Shown here piece by piece: positions 22,622 to 25,303 of a stretch of DNA of 25,303 nucleotides. The stretch covers positions 13,730 to 39,032 of the forward strand of contig CAZDOL010000004.1 of assembly GCA_964507075.1 (NCBI GenBank), read 5' to 3'. The notes below the pieces were generated by a model. It did no database searches. It was not told where the DNA came from and saw only the letters and a list, made by a program, of their open reading frames with translations. Each line of letters starts with the position of its first letter. Position 1 is the first letter of the stretch. Made by a program: the position numbers and the translations under genes. This stretch comes from an uncultured Gammaproteobacteria bacterium. Lineage in GTDB: Bacteria; Patescibacteriota; Patescibacteriia; UBA2591; UBA6264.

Positions 22622-24208
22622 TTAGTTAATTTGTTGTTTTATTTTTCTTTTTCTTTTAAAAAATTGTTTAAGTATTTCCACTTCGGGAAAATGGAGAAGT
22701 AAACTAACCACGAAGTAAAACAAAAGCCCAGCCATTACTGCTGTAATAGTTTGAATTGAAACCCCAATAAAAGTTTGCATATTAACTAAAGAACCAACCA
22801 AACCTTTGCTTAGTTGAATAACCATCAACATTATCAGAGAAAGTCCCATAGCCCTTAAAAAACTTCCTCCCATATCTTTGTTAGGCAAAGGTAATGCTTT
22901 TTTGTGAAAGAAATAATATAATAAAATTAAATTGACAAAAGAAGCTAATGAAAAAGCTAAAGCTAACCCACTAATACCCATTAAAGAACCTAAGACCAAA
23001 CAGCCAATTATATTAACAATAAAACTAACAACCGCTATCTTAACTGGCGTTAAAGTATTATGGGTAGCGTAAAAAGCCTTAGAAAAAAGTGGAATTAAGC
23101 TTTGGGCTAAAAGAGAAATTGAGAAAAATCCCAATGCGTTAGCAGTTAAAACAGTATCACGCCAAGAAAAAACACCAGCTCCTAAAATTAAACGAACTAT
23201 CTGGGTCCTCAAAGCAAGATAGATGGCAGTAATAGGAATGATTAAATATAAAATACGACAAATTGTTTTTGATAATTGAGAAACAAAAACCTTTTTATCT
23301 CCATCAGCAAAGCTCTTACTTAGAACTGGAAAAATAGAAATGGCTAAGGAAATGCCAAAAATGCCAACTGGAACATTAAACAAATTAAAAGACAAACTAT
23401 AAATGGCCACCGCGCCAATAGTTATGGTGGAAGCAATTAAAGTTGTAACCACAAAATTTAATTGACTAACCGCTAATCCAAAACAACGAGGCAACATCAA
23501 GGTAATTATTCTTTTAATTGCTTTATGAGACTTAATGATTGGTTGCCAGCGATAACCAGTTTTCAACAAAGCTGGAACCTGGATTAAAAAATGACCAGCT
23601 GCCCCCAAAACAACCCCCCAAGCCAAACCATTTAAACCCAAAGAAGTTTTGGGAACTAAAAAAACAATTCCAAAAATAATACCCAGGTTATACATTAAGG
23701 GAGCTAAACTATAGGCCAAAAATCGCCTAAAAGAATTTAAAACACTACTAGCAATATTACTACAAGTAAAAAACAAAATGCCAATTAGCATTATTCTGGT
23801 AAAAGAAATTGTTAAAGATTGAGTTCCTAAATCAAAACCTGGAACTAAATATTTAACAACCGAAGGAGCAAAAACAAAAGCTATTAAACCCAAAACCAAA
23901 ACAATCAGAAACAAAATATTAAAAACAGAATTTGTAATCCTCCATGCCTCTTCCTTGTTCCTGTTCCAATACTTTAAAAAAATAGGAATAAAAGCTGAAG
24001 ACAGGGCACCTAAAATCAATGTATTAAAAATTAAATCCGGCAATCTAAAAGCCGCATAATAAGCATCTAATGTTTGGCCAGCCCCAAAAGTACTGCTTAA
24101 TAATCTGTCTCTAAAAAGGCCCAATAAACGACTCAAAATAGAAAAAAGAGCAATAATCATTGCTCCGCCAGCAATAGTTTTCTGTAATTTAGAAATTTTC
24201 GCCATCAT
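22622..24208 (-). CDS. murJ: Lipid II flippase MurJ (MviN/MOP family).
   Basis: The ORF is 528 aa with about 14 TM segments. The N-terminus 'SRLLGLFRDRLLSSTFGAGQTLDAYYAAFRLPDLI' is the MurJ signature region. Confidence 0.9.
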   Translation of the reverse strand: MMAKISKLQKTIAGGAMIIALFSILSRLLGLFRDRLLSSTFGAGQTLDAYYAAFRLPDLIFNTLILGALSSAFIPIFLKYWNRNKEEAWRITNSVFNILFLIVLVLGLIAFVFAPSVVKYLVPGFDLGTQSLTISFTRIMLIGILFFTCSNIASSVLNSFRRFLAYSLAPLMYNLGIIFGIVFLVPKTSLGLNGLAWGVVLGAAGHFLIQVPALLKTGYRWQPIIKSHKAIKRIITLMLPRCFGLAVSQLNFVVTTLIASTITIGAVAIYSLSFNLFNVPVGIFGISLAISIFPVLSKSFADGDKKVFVSQLSKTICRILYLIIPITAIYLALRTQIVRLILGAGVFSWRDTVLTANALGFFSISLLAQSLIPLFSKAFYATHNTLTPVKIAVVSFIVNIIGCLVLGSLMGISGLALAFSLASFVNLILLYYFFHKKALPLPNKDMGGSFLRAMGLSLIMLMVIQLSKGLVGSLVNMQTFIGVSIQTITAVMAGLLFYFVVSLLLHFPEVEILKQFFKRKRKIKQQIN

Positions 24209-25302
24209 AAACTATTTTCCTCTAAACGTTCTTGAACAAAATTCTTTATATCTTTTTTGAATTGCTTTTTGCTGAATTTCTCAGCGTGCTCGCGAATCTT
24301 TTCGGGCTTAATTTTGTTTAAATTAAGCTTAAGAACTGCCTCCATTAAATCTTCCGTTGTTTGGTTCTTAAAAAATTTACCAGTCAAACCATCAACCACC
24401 GTCTCTAATGCTCCTCCCCTTTTATAAGCAATAACTGGTCTTCCAGAAGCCATAGCTTCAATAGGAGTAATACCAAAATCTTCTTCTTGCGGAAAAATGA
24501 AAGCTTTACAATGCGATAAATATTTAGCTTTTTCTTTATCAGAAACAAAACCTAAAAATTCTATATTAGGACCAGCTATTTTTCTTAAAGATTTATCTTC
24601 ACCTGTTCCAATAATTTTCAAGGGCATCTTCAGTTTATTAAAAGCTTTAATAGCCAAATCCACTTTCTTGTAAGGACATAAACGAGAAATAATTAGATAA
24701 TAATCTTGAATCTTGTTAGCAATACTAAATTTTGTCATTTCCACTGGCGGATAAATAACACGACTATCTCTTTTATAATAATGTTTAATTCTTTGAGCTA
24801 CAAAACCAGAATTAGCAATTATGTGATTTGGTCTTTGTGCTGCAATTTGATCCCAAATACGCAAGCGCGTCAAAATCGGAGCCAAAAACTTGCTAACCAA
24901 CTTCTCTGCTCCTTTTAAAGAATCAATGTATTCATAGGCATCAGACCAAAGATAACGCGTAGGAGTATGTAAGTAAGAAATGTGCATTGTCCCAGGTTTA
25001 GTCAAAACTCCTTTACTGTAAGCCGAACAATCAGAAATAACTAAATCAAATTCACTAAGATTAAAACGTTCAATAGCGCTCGGCATAAACGGTAAATACC
25101 AACGATATTTTTTGGCCCCAAACGGAAGATTCTGAATAGGAGAAACTTTGATATTGCAATCTTTAAAATAGCCACCCATCATTTTAGGGTCATAAAACAA
25201 GGTAAAAATTGGGGCTTGAGGCCAAATTTCATGAAAGGCCTCTAAGACTTTTTCTGCCCCACCATACTGTGTTAAAAAATCGTGAACTAAAGCAACGCGC
25301 AT
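24205..25302 (-). CDS. GT4-family (GT-B fold) glycosyltransferase.
   Basis: The ORF is 365 aa. It has the N-terminal 'MRVALVHDFLTQYGGAEKV' and the C-terminal 'EDFGITPIEAMASGRPVIA...GGALETV' EX7E-type motif. It overlaps the murJ start by 4 nt. Confidence 0.85.
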   Translation of the reverse strand: MRVALVHDFLTQYGGAEKVLEAFHEIWPQAPIFTLFYDPKMMGGYFKDCNIKVSPIQNLPFGAKKYRWYLPFMPSAIERFNLSEFDLVISDCSAYSKGVLTKPGTMHISYLHTPTRYLWSDAYEYIDSLKGAEKLVSKFLAPILTRLRIWDQIAAQRPNHIIANSGFVAQRIKHYYKRDSRVIYPPVEMTKFSIANKIQDYYLIISRLCPYKKVDLAIKAFNKLKMPLKIIGTGEDKSLRKIAGPNIEFLGFVSDKEKAKYLSHCKAFIFPQEEDFGITPIEAMASGRPVIAYKRGGALETVVDGLTGKFFKNQTTEDLMEAVLKLNLNKIKPEKIREHAEKFSKKQFKKDIKNFVQERLEENSL

Positions 25303-25303
25303 A

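Noticed and set aside
22200-22702. ORFs at 22200..22409 (-), 22225..22566 (+) and 22484..22702 (+).
   Set aside because: They overlap tRNA-Gln, its flanking hairpins, a terminator and the murJ 3' end. Their low-complexity K/R/E- or P/G-rich translations come from purine or GC runs. They have no independent support.

Overview
This is a low-GC (about one third G+C by eye), tightly packed bacterial window. Every gene except one (comF-like, + strand) is on the minus strand. Gene content, small gene sizes and the near absence of Shine-Dalgarno sequences suggest a Patescibacteria/CPR-type genome; that assignment is inference. The core is a type IV pilus machinery cluster, read on the minus strand as pilM-pilN-pilO-small membrane ORF-[GC-rich structured element]-pilB-pilT-like-pilC, followed by tRNA-Val and a tRNA-Pro locus. 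A ComF-family gene lies divergently upstream of pilM. The housekeeping genes are lgt, a DsbA-like protein, gatC/gatA, ligA, an HD-domain protein, queH, an MFS transporter, murJ, a GT4 glycosyltransferase and an HtrA-like/PDZ protein. A short accessory stretch next to tRNA-Gln carries a GIY-YIG protein, a Cys/His-rich hypothetical and an AAA+/DUF4143-type ATPase. The most unusual observations are: (1) a complete tRNA-Pro(CGG), bracketed by a 14-nt inverted repeat, sitting in the anticodon region of a second tRNA-Pro-like gene; (2) a PilT paralogue in which every ATPase motif is substituted; (3) an intergenic repeat family with conserved flanks and a variable direct-repeat core at three loci; (4) a ~105-nt GC-rich structured element just upstream of pilB; and (5) an orphan promoter-to-terminator unit between the HD gene and ligA. 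I found no CRISPR array, rRNA, transposase or integrase.
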